Assembly (NCBI GenBank): GCA_965261385.1
Contig: CBDHDB010000002.1
Location: forward strand, 1,989,091-2,053,090
Direction: 5' to 3'
DNA length: 64,000 nucleotides
From: Dehalococcoidia bacterium
GTDB lineage: Bacteria > Chloroflexota > Dehalococcoidia > Lucifugimonadales > Australimonadaceae
The translations under genes and the position numbers were made by a program. Positions 54,005 to 62,912 of this stretch are shown one piece after another; position 1 is the stretch's first letter, and every line of letters begins with the position of its first letter. The notes under the pieces are model-generated. The model saw only the letters and a list, made by a program, of their open reading frames with translations, had not been told where the DNA came from and did not search any database.

Positions 54005-55279
54005 GTCGCTGAGTGACGCGTTGCCGGGCGGTCTGACCGTGTGTGGAGGGCCTTTAGCCTCGGGGCCTGTGACGTGAGGAGCGGCCTCGCGGCCCCTGCT
54101 TACGCGGCCTGCATAGCCTGTGGGACTGGCGTCTCAGCAGTCATCAGCCTCGCCATCCGCACCAGGTTGTAGGCCGTCCCCACGAGGTAACCAGCAAGGC
54201 CCGTGCGGTCCAGACCTCGGTAGCGCGTCCTCCGGAACCCGCCCACCGTCTTCATCCACCCGAAGATCTCCTCGACCCGCTTCCTCAGACGCTGACTGAG
54301 CGCATAGCCGCGATGCCGGGTCGTGCGTCCATTGGTAGCGCTGGAGCGCCCGCTCGTGTTTTGCGCCACGTGCGGGGTGACCCCGCAGGCGCGCATGGCC
54401 CCCACGCAACCCCGCGTGTCGTAGCCCTTGTCCCCTCCGAGCGTCCGGGGATGGAGCCCGCGTTCGCGCGCCCCGGCCAGCAGCACCGGGACCGCATCCC
54501 GCTCCGCCATCCCCCGTGGCTTCGCTCACCAGGAAGTCCACCAGCAGGCCGTTGCGGTTCTCCATCAGCGCATGGGCCATGAACACCAGCCTGGCCTCCT
54601 TCGCCTCGGGGTCCGTCACGCTCTGGTGCGTCGCGTTGGTTCGGCGCTCCCCTTGAAAGTTCCACCGAGGGGTTGCCCCAGCCGCCGGCGTTCGAGGGAC
54701 GATCGGTCTCTCGCGGTTTGAAGTTCTTGAGGCTCGCTGCCGCCTCGATCAGCGTGCCGTCCACCGTGAAGTGCTCGTCCGACAGGAAGGCTTCGCCGGT
54801 CCGCCGCCAGAACCACCTCATCGAACAACTGCTGGCCCACTTGGTGCTCCAGCAGCCGCTGCCGGTTCTTGGTGAACACCGTAGCGTCGAAGCTGCTCCG
54901 TCAGTTGCATGCCCAAGAACCACGGACAGCAGGTTGTAGTCCAGCTCCTCGCAGAAGGCTCGCTCGCTCCTCACCGAGAACAACCCCATCAGCAGCGACG
55001 CCTTCAGCAGGCGCTCCGGAGGAATCGACGGCCGCCCCACGCCGCATACATCCGGTTGAACTCGGGCGACAGCCGGGCCAGGGCCTCATCGGCCAAGGCT
55101 TTGATGGCGCGGAGCGGGTGATCGGCTGGCACGCGCTCCTCCAGGTCCACGAAGGCCAACATCGTCACCTGCGCCTCCTGCCGTCTACGCATACGCTCCA
55201 CCTCCCCCTTGAGCGCTCCTATCTTCACCCGCCCCACCCTCACCCGCCACCGTGCGCATCCACGCTTTTCAGCAGCCTG
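53948..55279 (-). mobile_element. IS5-family insertion sequence (about 1.33 kb), decayed
   Basis: The inverted repeats are CAGGCTGCTGAAGAAAGG (53948-53965) and, on the reverse complement, CAGGCTGCTGAAAAGC (55264-55279). Both ends are flanked by CTAG (53944-53947 and 55280-55283). The element contains transposase fragments. Confidence 0.8.
54100..55243 (-). pseudogene. IS5-family DDE transposase, interrupted by at least 4 frameshifts
   Basis: Homologous pieces lie in different frames. They are ..VPADHPLRAIKALADEAL.. (55004-55243), GRPSIPPERLLKASLL..RSERAFCEELDYNLL (frame 2), FTKNRQRLLEHQVGQQLFDEVV (54616-54879), LSDEHFTVDGTLIEA, DPEAKEARLVFMAHALMENRNGLLVD (54134-54619) and DKGYDTRGCV..YALSQRLRKRVEEIFGWMK..RRTRYRGL (54100-54510). 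Confidence 0.8.
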
Positions 55280-55453
55280 CTAGTGCCCTTGAGTCGCGGC
55301 TGCTCGGTCAATCCGAGGAGACCGTTGCGTTTCATCTCTTCGATTAACACAACCGAGCCGGAACTACGGGCTCCCTATGCTATACTCCGCTCACTGAAAA
55401 GCGGTCGTCTCAGGGACGGCGCCACGCATGCGGACTCGTGACGGAGGCTGGCT

Positions 55454-56734
55454 ATGCTAACTGCCGAACAGAACGAACTCTTATGCCGCATTGGACCCGG
55501 CACTCCCATGGGCGAAGTGGTGCGTCGCTATTGGGTTCCGGCCCTGCTCTCGTGGGAACTCAAGCCCGATAGCGCGCCGGTTCCGTTCAGACTCCTGGGG
55601 GAGGACCTCGTCGCCTTCAAGGACACTAGTGGTCGTATAGGGGTGCTGCAGTGGTTCTGCGCCCATCGTGGCACGCCGTTGTGGCTTGGCCGCAACGAAG
55701 AGGATGGGCTTCGTTGCCTTTACCACGGCTGGAAGTACGACGTCGACGGCAATTGTGTCGACCAAATGAATGAGCCGGACGAACTGCGCTTCAAGGACAA
55801 AATCAAGATTCGGTCGTATCCAAATGTAGAAGTAGGCGAGGTTGTCTGGGTGTACTTCGGTCCGCCCGACAAGCAGCCTCCGCCGCCGAATTTCGAGTGG
55901 ACTCAGGTTCCTCCTTCCCACCGAGATATCTCGAAGGTTGTCCAAGACTGCAACTGGGTGCAGGCCGTGGAAGGCGGAATTGATCCGTCGCACGCCCCGG
56001 TTCTCCACGGCGCGATCAGCATGGACGCCGGGCCGGAGGCCGGACTGCACCCGACATATGCGACCATGCGGGCTAAGCCCGGCAAGTACGAGATACGGGT
56101 AACGGACTACGGCCACGAGTTCTGGGCTGTTCGGCCCATCCCCGCCGAGGGGAAGGACCTCGTCCTAGCGCACCATTTTGTTGCTCCGTGGACCCAAATA
56201 CGATCGCTCCAGAAGCCATACCGTTCCCCAGGCCACATGTACGTTCCAATCGACGACGAGCACTGCATGGTCTGGAACTGGGAGTACAGCTTTGGGGAAG
56301 AGCCGCTCTCGGAGGCAGAGAGGGAGAGTGCGGACATAGGAGCCGCCAACGGCCCTAGTGCAGTCGACCAGAAGACCTTTCGATCGAAGGTGGGGGCAGA
56401 GCAGGAATGGGGACTTGATCGAGAGTACCAGAAGACTACGTCGTACTCGGGCATTCGCGGAGTGAACCAGCAAGACCGAGCTGTCCAAGAGGCGGTGGGG
56501 CCAATCGTAGACCGAACGCGGGAGCGCCTTGGACCGGCAGACCAAGCCGTCATTCAGCTCCGGCAAGTGTTGTTCGACGCGGTGAAAACAGTCGCTGACG
56601 GAGGCGACCCTCCAGGCACGGGGACCTCGTACTATGGCTTGCGTGGGATCGCGAAGATCATCGATGCTGAATCCGACTACAAAGCGCGAACGCTTGATGC
56701 GATGCACCCGGCTGAGTTCGCCGGGTCGCGATAG
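55454..56734 (+). CDS. Rieske [2Fe-2S] non-heme-iron oxygenase, alpha-subunit type (phthalate-family-like)
   Basis: CAHRGTPLWLGRNEEDGLRCLYHGWKYD (CxH..CxxH Rieske motif). N-terminus LTAEQNELLCRIGPGTPMGEVVRRYW. Paralog of 61510..62784. Confidence 0.85.
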   Translation: MLTAEQNELLCRIGPGTPMGEVVRRYWVPALLSWELKPDSAPVPFRLLGEDLVAFKDTSGRIGVLQWFCAHRGTPLWLGRNEEDGLRCLYHGWKYDVDGNCVDQMNEPDELRFKDKIKIRSYPNVEVGEVVWVYFGPPDKQPPPPNFEWTQVPPSHRDISKVVQDCNWVQAVEGGIDPSHAPVLHGAISMDAGPEAGLHPTYATMRAKPGKYEIRVTDYGHEFWAVRPIPAEGKDLVLAHHFVAPWTQIRSLQKPYRSPGHMYVPIDDEHCMVWNWEYSFGEEPLSEAERESADIGAANGPSAVDQKTFRSKVGAEQEWGLDREYQKTTSYSGIRGVNQQDRAVQEAVGPIVDRTRERLGPADQAVIQLRQVLFDAVKTVADGGDPPGTGTSYYGLRGIAKIIDAESDYKARTLDAMHPAEFAGSR

Positions 56735-56783
56735 TCCGTGGCGGACGTTCCGGTCAAGCCTCTAGGCAGAGCCGCTACCTAGG

Positions 56784-58544
56784 ATGGCTGACGCCGCGGG
56801 TCCGGTGCACGTAGGCCTAGGTTTGCGCCTGTTGGGCGCGGCCCACATCGGCCCGGCAACAATAGTCTTCACACTGGTGCTGGGGATTGTCGCGTTCATC
56901 GCGGTCTATCCTATTCTGTTGCTGTTCCTGAACAGTCTCCAAGTGGGGCAGTTCGGCACGGACACTACGTTCGGCTTTGACAATTGGGGAGCCGTGTTCC
57001 AAGAGCGCCAGCTTCGCGATGCATTCGTGAACACTATTACGCTCACGGGCACGCGTCAGCTGATAGCATTCTTCATAGGGGTTGTTCTCGCCTGGGTCTT
57101 CGCCAGGACGGACCTGCCGCATAAAGGCTGGCTGGAGTTTGGGTTTTGGACAGCCTTCTTCATCCCAACGCTGCCCGTCGTCATTGCGTGGTCTTTAGTG
57201 CTCGATGGAGACCGCGGCCTCTTCAATAAGCTTCTGATGCAGCTTCCCTTCGTCCACGACGCGCCGTTCCAGATTTACTCGTGGTGGGGCATCACGTTCA
57301 TTCACCTGATGACCACGACAGTCGCCATAAAGGTCATGCTACTGACCCCGGCATTTCGCAACATGGATGCCTCCTTGGAGGAGGCGTCGCGCATTGTTGG
57401 CGCCGGCACACTCAGAACGCTGTTCCGGGTTGTCGTTCCTGTGATGGCTCCGACGATCCTTGTGATTTTCTTGCTAGGAACGATTAAGTCGATGGAGGCG
57501 TTCGAGGTCGAATTGATACTCGGATCGCCAGCCCAGATCAATGTCTACAGCACACTGATATACCGACGAGTTCTACTTAGGGAGCCACCTGAGTTTGGTG
57601 AGGCCATGGCTCTCAGCATGATGGTTCTCGCCCTCCTCTTACCGCTAATCGTTTTACAGCAGTGGATAAGTAGGCGGCGGAGCAGCCAGACACTGTCCGG
57701 TAAATACTCCGCCCATCTGCACGAGCTTGGCCGGCTACGCTGGCCGCTCTTCTACGTCGTCGCCTTCATGGTCCTGATGATGACTGTCTTCCCAATTATC
57801 ATGGTTACGCTCGGCACGTTTATGAGGCTGTTTGGGTTCTTTGACATTCCGAATCCGTGGACGGTGAAGAACTGGTACGCAAGCCTTTCGGACCCACGAA
57901 TCCTAGGAGCGCTCAAGAACACTTTCGTCATCGGTGTAGGGGCGGCGCTGTTTTCGATGACCTTCTTTTCACTGATCGCCTACATTAGCGCTAGGACGAA
58001 GTTCGCAGGCCGGCATGTGCTTGACTTCTTGACCTGGTTGCCCGCAACCATTCCTGGCATCGTGATTGGACTAGGATTCCTCTGGCTGTTCCTAAGAACA
58101 CCTGGCCTTAACCTCGCCTACGGCACGATGTTTGTTCTGGTGCTCGCTGTAAGCCTTGCCAGCATCACCTTGGGCGTCCAACTGCTAAAGACCAATATGA
58201 TGCAGATTGGCTCGGAGCTCGAAGAGGCCTCCTGGGTGAGCGGGGCTTCGCACATCTATACCTTCCGACGCATATTCCTTCCATTGATAGCTCCTGCGCT
58301 GGTGTTAGTAGGATTGTTGTCCTTTGTGCAAGCCGCGAAGGCGATCAGCGTCGTAGCATTGCTATCGACTAGAAGCTCTGAACCGCTCTCTATGCTGCAG
58401 CTCGACTATATGGCCGAGGGGAAGTTCGAGGAGGCGTCGGTCATCGGGTTACTGATCTTGCTCTTGACTCTCGGCATGGCTGCGGGCGCGCGCATACTCG
58501 GCTTCAAGCTCCGAGGGATATCAACAACCAACCCGTCCGCCTAG
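56784..58544 (+). CDS. ABC transporter permease, fused double-domain (Fe3+/thiamine-type architecture)
   Basis: 586 aa, about 12 TM segments, two EAA-like loops (..EEASRIVGAG.. and ..EEASWVSGAS..). Confidence 0.8.
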   Translation: MADAAGPVHVGLGLRLLGAAHIGPATIVFTLVLGIVAFIAVYPILLLFLNSLQVGQFGTDTTFGFDNWGAVFQERQLRDAFVNTITLTGTRQLIAFFIGVVLAWVFARTDLPHKGWLEFGFWTAFFIPTLPVVIAWSLVLDGDRGLFNKLLMQLPFVHDAPFQIYSWWGITFIHLMTTTVAIKVMLLTPAFRNMDASLEEASRIVGAGTLRTLFRVVVPVMAPTILVIFLLGTIKSMEAFEVELILGSPAQINVYSTLIYRRVLLREPPEFGEAMALSMMVLALLLPLIVLQQWISRRRSSQTLSGKYSAHLHELGRLRWPLFYVVAFMVLMMTVFPIIMVTLGTFMRLFGFFDIPNPWTVKNWYASLSDPRILGALKNTFVIGVGAALFSMTFFSLIAYISARTKFAGRHVLDFLTWLPATIPGIVIGLGFLWLFLRTPGLNLAYGTMFVLVLAVSLASITLGVQLLKTNMMQIGSELEEASWVSGASHIYTFRRIFLPLIAPALVLVGLLSFVQAAKAISVVALLSTRSSEPLSMLQLDYMAEGKFEEASVIGLLILLLTLGMAAGARILGFKLRGISTTNPSA

Positions 58545-58568
58545 CAGGCGACGGTCAAGTTCGCTGCT

Positions 58569-59717
58569 TCAAGCAGCAATGGCCCATACCTGAGCTTGCA
58601 GCGCATCGAAGTTCAGTAGGACCTCCTGCCCCTCTTCCCAATCGTCGGACAGGGGAAGGTAGATTTGCACGTCCTGACCCCATGGGAGACGTACGCGCGC
58701 CTCGTATCGTTCACCGACGAAGAGAATCGCAGCGATGGCTCCAACTAGCCTCTCCGCGCCGCTCTGCGAGTCAGCCATCGAGTTATCTACACGGGTGACG
58801 TCCACGACCTCTGGACGAACGGCTACGGCGCATCTCTCGCCAGCTCGAAGCGTACTGCCGGAAGTGACGCGCGCACGAATGATAGGGCCTCCAGGCTCTT
58901 CGAGCTGCACGGGAAGTGTTTCTGCGTTGCCGCCGTCGGCGACCGTTCCAGTGAACACCACGGTGCGTCCCAAGAAGTCGCGCACCGCCGGGGTCTGCGG
59001 GTTCCTGTACAACTGTGTCGGTGTGCCAATTTGTTCTACGTTGCCATGGTTCATGACCACGATGCGATCCGAGAGGCTTAGCGCTTCAATCTGATCGTGA
59101 GTGACGAATAGGACAGTGATGCCGAGGCGCCGCTGGAGTTCTTTCAGTTCAACCCGCATCTGCTCACGGAGCTTGGCGTCCAAGTTTGAAAAGGGCTCGT
59201 CGAGGAGGAGCAGGTTGGGCTCGAACACGAGACTGCGCGCAACCGCGACTCGCTGCTGCTGACCGCCGCTCAGCATGGTCGATTGGCGGTCGCCCATGCC
59301 CTTGAGACCTACTTGGTCCAGGACTTTCGCCACCCGTTCGCGAATCTCGGATCGGCCAACCCGCCTGACGTTTAGGGGATAGGCCACGTTCTCGGCAACC
59401 GTCATGTGGGGCCAGATCGCGTAGGACTGGAACACCATGCCCATGTTCCGCTTATTCGGGGGAACGAAGCCGCGGCTACTGCCGCTGTCGACCACCACGC
59501 CGTCGTAGAAAATCTCCCCGCTCGACACACGTTCGAGGCCAATGGCCATCCGGAGCGTCGTTGTCTTTCCGCACCCGCTCGGCCCGAGCAGAGTAAGCAC
59601 CTCCCCCTGGTGGATTTCGATCGACGCGTCCTTGACTGCCTGCACCTCGCCGAAGCGTTTCGAAACGTTTCGCAGCTCCAATACGGTTTGGCGGTCTCCC
59701 ACAGTTGATTCGGTCAT
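58569..59717 (-). CDS. ABC transporter ATP-binding protein (PotA/FbpC/MalK-like with C-terminal regulatory domain)
   Basis: Walker A GPSGCGKTT, signature LSGGQQQRV, Walker B LLLLDEP. Confidence 0.9.
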   Translation of the reverse strand: MTESTVGDRQTVLELRNVSKRFGEVQAVKDASIEIHQGEVLTLLGPSGCGKTTTLRMAIGLERVSSGEIFYDGVVVDSGSSRGFVPPNKRNMGMVFQSYAIWPHMTVAENVAYPLNVRRVGRSEIRERVAKVLDQVGLKGMGDRQSTMLSGGQQQRVAVARSLVFEPNLLLLDEPFSNLDAKLREQMRVELKELQRRLGITVLFVTHDQIEALSLSDRIVVMNHGNVEQIGTPTQLYRNPQTPAVRDFLGRTVVFTGTVADGGNAETLPVQLEEPGGPIIRARVTSGSTLRAGERCAVAVRPEVVDVTRVDNSMADSQSGAERLVGAIAAILFVGERYEARVRLPWGQDVQIYLPLSDDWEEGQEVLLNFDALQAQVWAIAA

Positions 59718-60012
59718 GAAGCCATTGACCCTTATCTCCCCGGCCAGCGCGCGCTGAAAATACCCAGGACATCTGTGCGGCAGCTTACGGGCGTCATCAT
59801 CGGAGGGTCAAGCCAGCGCGACATTTGATTGGCTAAGCCTCTCATTGCCTCGCCCGGCTTCTGGAGATTGCCGGGACCAAGGCGGCGAACTGGCCGAAGA
59901 CTGGTATGCGCCCATGGAGGGCGTCGCTTCAGCAAGCCGACATGCTCCTCCATTGTGAGCCCCAGGAGGGGGAGATCAAAGTCGTTGAACAATTGGACAG
60001 AAAGAGAGTCGC

Positions 60013-60041
60013 TTGACACATAGCCCATGTGGCCCTATAAC
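60013..60041 (+). promoter_or_regulatory. Sigma-70-like promoter upstream of the binding-protein gene
   Basis: TTGACA (60013-60018), 17-nt spacer, TATAAC (60036-60041). Predicts a 5' UTR of about 150 nt. Confidence 0.5.
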
Positions 60042-60199
60042 GGCTGGCACGCTACAACATCGATAGCGTGGCTCCGCGGCGATTGCAGTTGCTGTCCAAA
60101 CGGGAGGACTGATGCGACGAGTGATAAGGGAGACATTGGCCGTGGTCTCTTCTCGTGAACGTCAGGCAGCGCGGTTGCTCGCCCAAGAAAGGAAGTCGC

Positions 60200-61360
60200 A
60201 TGACCAGATTACCTAGATCAGTGGTGTTGGGAGCGTTCGCCGGAATCCTGGCGCTATTAGCTGCCGCCTGTGGCTCCGACCCCACGCCGACTCCTGCGCC
60301 GACGCCCACTCCGGTGACAGTTGAGGTGGTCGTCACTGCAACTCCGACGCCCGAAGGGCCTCACGTTGCGGAATGGGCTGCCGCGCAAGAGGCGGCAAAG
60401 AGCGAGAAGCTCGTCATAAACACCAAACCCGGAGACGGCGCGAACTTCCTTATAAAGGAGTTCAAGAGGACGTTCCCTGACATAGAAGTGGAGCACACCA
60501 CGGCCTTCCCGAGCAGGTTTGGCCCGCGAATCATCGCGGAGCAGCAGGCAGGTCAATACCTCTGGGACGTGATGGCCAACTTCGCAGGCAACATGACCAA
60601 CGTCATGGCGCCCGCCGGCACATTCCAGGATCTTGAGCCCTTCCTCATCCTGCCAGAGGTGACGGACGACGATAACTGGTACCTAGGCTTTGACGTGTAT
60701 GGAAATGACGCAAGCGGGCTCGACCATGTCTTCTACTTCGCTATGGATCTGCGGGGCGGTTTCTATGTAAACCGCGACTTGGAGCCTACTGGCCTGACAG
60801 ACGTTGAGGAACTGCTCGACCCCAAGTGGAAGGGGAAGATTCTTATCCATGACCCCGCGGCGAATGGCGGAGGCACCGCCGCTATCGGCTCGCTCCTCGC
60901 ATTCAAGGGCGAAGAGTTTGTCACCAAGCTCCTCTCGGACCAAGAGCCGATCATCATCGAAGACCCGCGCACCACTGCGGAATGGATGGTTACGGAACGC
61001 GTGCCCATCGGAATTGGCGTGTACGACAACTTCTTGGACGAGTTCAACACTGAGGGCGTAGGCCTCGCCGTCGAGCGAAGATTGGGTTGGGGACACATCA
61101 GCCCGGACGGGTTTGCCGTGTACAAGAATGCTCCGCACCCCAATGCGACCAAGGTGTTCGTCAACTGGTTCTTCGGCGACGACGGTCAGCGGATCTGGGC
61201 CTCAACGATGGCCAACAGCCGGCGGAAGGGGATGCCGCACCACCCCTTCCAGAACCACCCGGACTACGACCGTATTGAAAGCTACACAGTGCCCGACTTT
61301 GAGAGCAATGCGAGTCTCTTGACGGACACCATCGCGTTGGCTGAGCGGCTTAGGAACTAG
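60200..61360 (+). CDS. ABC transporter periplasmic/extracellular solute-binding lipoprotein
   Basis: MTRLPRSVVLGAFAGILALLAAACGSD lipobox, followed by a Thr/Pro linker. The ATG at 60200 follows GAAAGGAAG. The ORF-track start at 60155 is possible. Confidence 0.8.
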   Translation: MTRLPRSVVLGAFAGILALLAAACGSDPTPTPAPTPTPVTVEVVVTATPTPEGPHVAEWAAAQEAAKSEKLVINTKPGDGANFLIKEFKRTFPDIEVEHTTAFPSRFGPRIIAEQQAGQYLWDVMANFAGNMTNVMAPAGTFQDLEPFLILPEVTDDDNWYLGFDVYGNDASGLDHVFYFAMDLRGGFYVNRDLEPTGLTDVEELLDPKWKGKILIHDPAANGGGTAAIGSLLAFKGEEFVTKLLSDQEPIIIEDPRTTAEWMVTERVPIGIGVYDNFLDEFNTEGVGLAVERRLGWGHISPDGFAVYKNAPHPNATKVFVNWFFGDDGQRIWASTMANSRRKGMPHHPFQNHPDYDRIESYTVPDFESNASLLTDTIALAERLRN

Positions 61361-61387
61361 CTGGGTCTCGGCGCCAGAGACGGCAGA

Positions 61388-61419
61388 GAAGACGCCCCCG
61401 CTTGTGCGGGGGCGTCTTC
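61388..61419. terminator. Strong hairpin between convergent genes
   Basis: GAAGACGCCCCCGC (61388-61401), TTGT loop, GCGGGGGCGTCTTC (61406-61419). Confidence 0.65.
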
Positions 61420-61509
61420 GGTTCTCGCAGCTTGGGAATGTGAGAGACGCCGTTACTGTAATCGCCCTCCAGGCCGAACAAGGTCAGCTCACGTGGCGCG
61501 AGTGGGCCC

Positions 61510-62784
61510 TTAGGTGACGCTTTTCGCGGGATCCATAAGAGGCATCAGGGCGGCGCGCCAGTCCTCATCGGCCCCAAGAGCGCACTCTGCGGCGCGGAGG
61601 TCGTAGTAGGTGGGCGCGGTTCCCGCCGGCTCTCCGCCGTCTTTGACGGTGTCGATCGCCTGCTGAAGCAGTCTCCGCGTCACGATTACGGCTCGGTCAG
61701 CCTGGCCCAAGTGTTCCTGCTGACGATCGACGATTATGCCCATCGATTCCTGCACCGCGCGGTCCTGGGTGTTGATGCCGTAGATCCCAGTGAACGTGTC
61801 GGTCTTCTGAGCCTGACGGTCAATCATCCAATCGTTCGACTTGTTGCGGTAGCTGCGAAAGCCATTGCGGGGGTCGATGTCCGTCGTGAAACTATTGCCG
61901 CTCACCTGAGGGTCTTGGGCTTCCTCGGCCAGAGGCGCGTCGCCGTAGGCGTAGTACCAGTTGTAGACCATCACGTTTTCGTCGTCGATGGGCACCCAGT
62001 GATGCCCATGCACCTCGGCCAAGCCCAGTCCGGGCGGCCGGAGCTGAGTGAATGGCATGATGAAGTGATAGCCCCTCACGTACCGGCGGCCTTCGCCCAA
62101 CTGGCGCACCCCGAAATAGCGATAGCCGTACTCTGTCTCGTCCAGCTCGATAAGCGGGGCGCTCCCCTGCACGAACGCGCTGCTGTAGGCGGTTCCGGGA
62201 AGTGTCACGCCTTCGCGGAGTCGGCGGTGCATTATCGGCGCATGGGACGTGTCTACGCCTCCCTCAAGTGCCTGAAGCCAGTTGCACTCTTGGACTACCT
62301 TCGTGAGAGTCCGTTGCTCCTCGGGCACGCGAGTCCACTCAAAATTTGGCAGCGGAGGCTTGCTCTCCGGCGGGCCCATGTAGGTCCAGGCCAGACCGCC
62401 CATTTCCTCGACCGTGTAGGAGTTGGCGCGGACCTTGTGGCTGAAGTCGAATTGGTCGGGCTCGTTCATCTGGTCTACGCACTGGCCCGTCACGTCGAAC
62501 TTCCAGCCGTGATAGACGCAGCGGAGCCCGTTCTCCTCGTTTCGACCCAGCCAAAGCGATGCGCGGCGGTGAGGACAGAATTCGCTCAGGAGCCCAATCC
62601 TGCCGCTCGTGTCGCGAAATGCGACCAAGTCTTCTCCGAGCAGCCTAACGCGGACTGGAGGGCAATCGGGCTTCGGGATCTCCATGCTGAGTAGCGCCGG
62701 TATCCAGTACCGTCGCATGGCTTCCCCCATCGGGGTTCCAAGGCCCGTACGAGTAAGGCGCTCGTTCTGCTCAGCCGTCAGCAT
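61510..62784 (-). CDS. Rieske [2Fe-2S] non-heme-iron oxygenase, alpha-subunit type (paralog)
   Basis: CPHRRASLWLGRNEENGLRCVYHGWKFD. N-terminus LTAEQNERLTRTGLGTPMGEAMRRYW. Confidence 0.85.
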   Translation of the reverse strand: MLTAEQNERLTRTGLGTPMGEAMRRYWIPALLSMEIPKPDCPPVRVRLLGEDLVAFRDTSGRIGLLSEFCPHRRASLWLGRNEENGLRCVYHGWKFDVTGQCVDQMNEPDQFDFSHKVRANSYTVEEMGGLAWTYMGPPESKPPLPNFEWTRVPEEQRTLTKVVQECNWLQALEGGVDTSHAPIMHRRLREGVTLPGTAYSSAFVQGSAPLIELDETEYGYRYFGVRQLGEGRRYVRGYHFIMPFTQLRPPGLGLAEVHGHHWVPIDDENVMVYNWYYAYGDAPLAEEAQDPQVSGNSFTTDIDPRNGFRSYRNKSNDWMIDRQAQKTDTFTGIYGINTQDRAVQESMGIIVDRQQEHLGQADRAVIVTRRLLQQAIDTVKDGGEPAGTAPTYYDLRAAECALGADEDWRAALMPLMDPAKSVT

Positions 62785-62912
62785 TGCTCACCTCGCCCCG
62801 CGTGCTATGGGCATTGGGCCTGCGGCCCGAACACAGCCTACCGAGAAACCATGTTAAAGACCACTTGAAGCGCCGTCAAACGAGTTGCGCTGCGCGCGAC
62901 TGGCCCTCACGA

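Noticed and set aside
59732-60028. 98-aa minus-strand ORF in the ATPase / binding-protein intergenic region
   Set aside because: It has no recognisable family or RBS and overlaps the predicted plus-strand promoter. It may be real, but I cannot support it from sequence alone.
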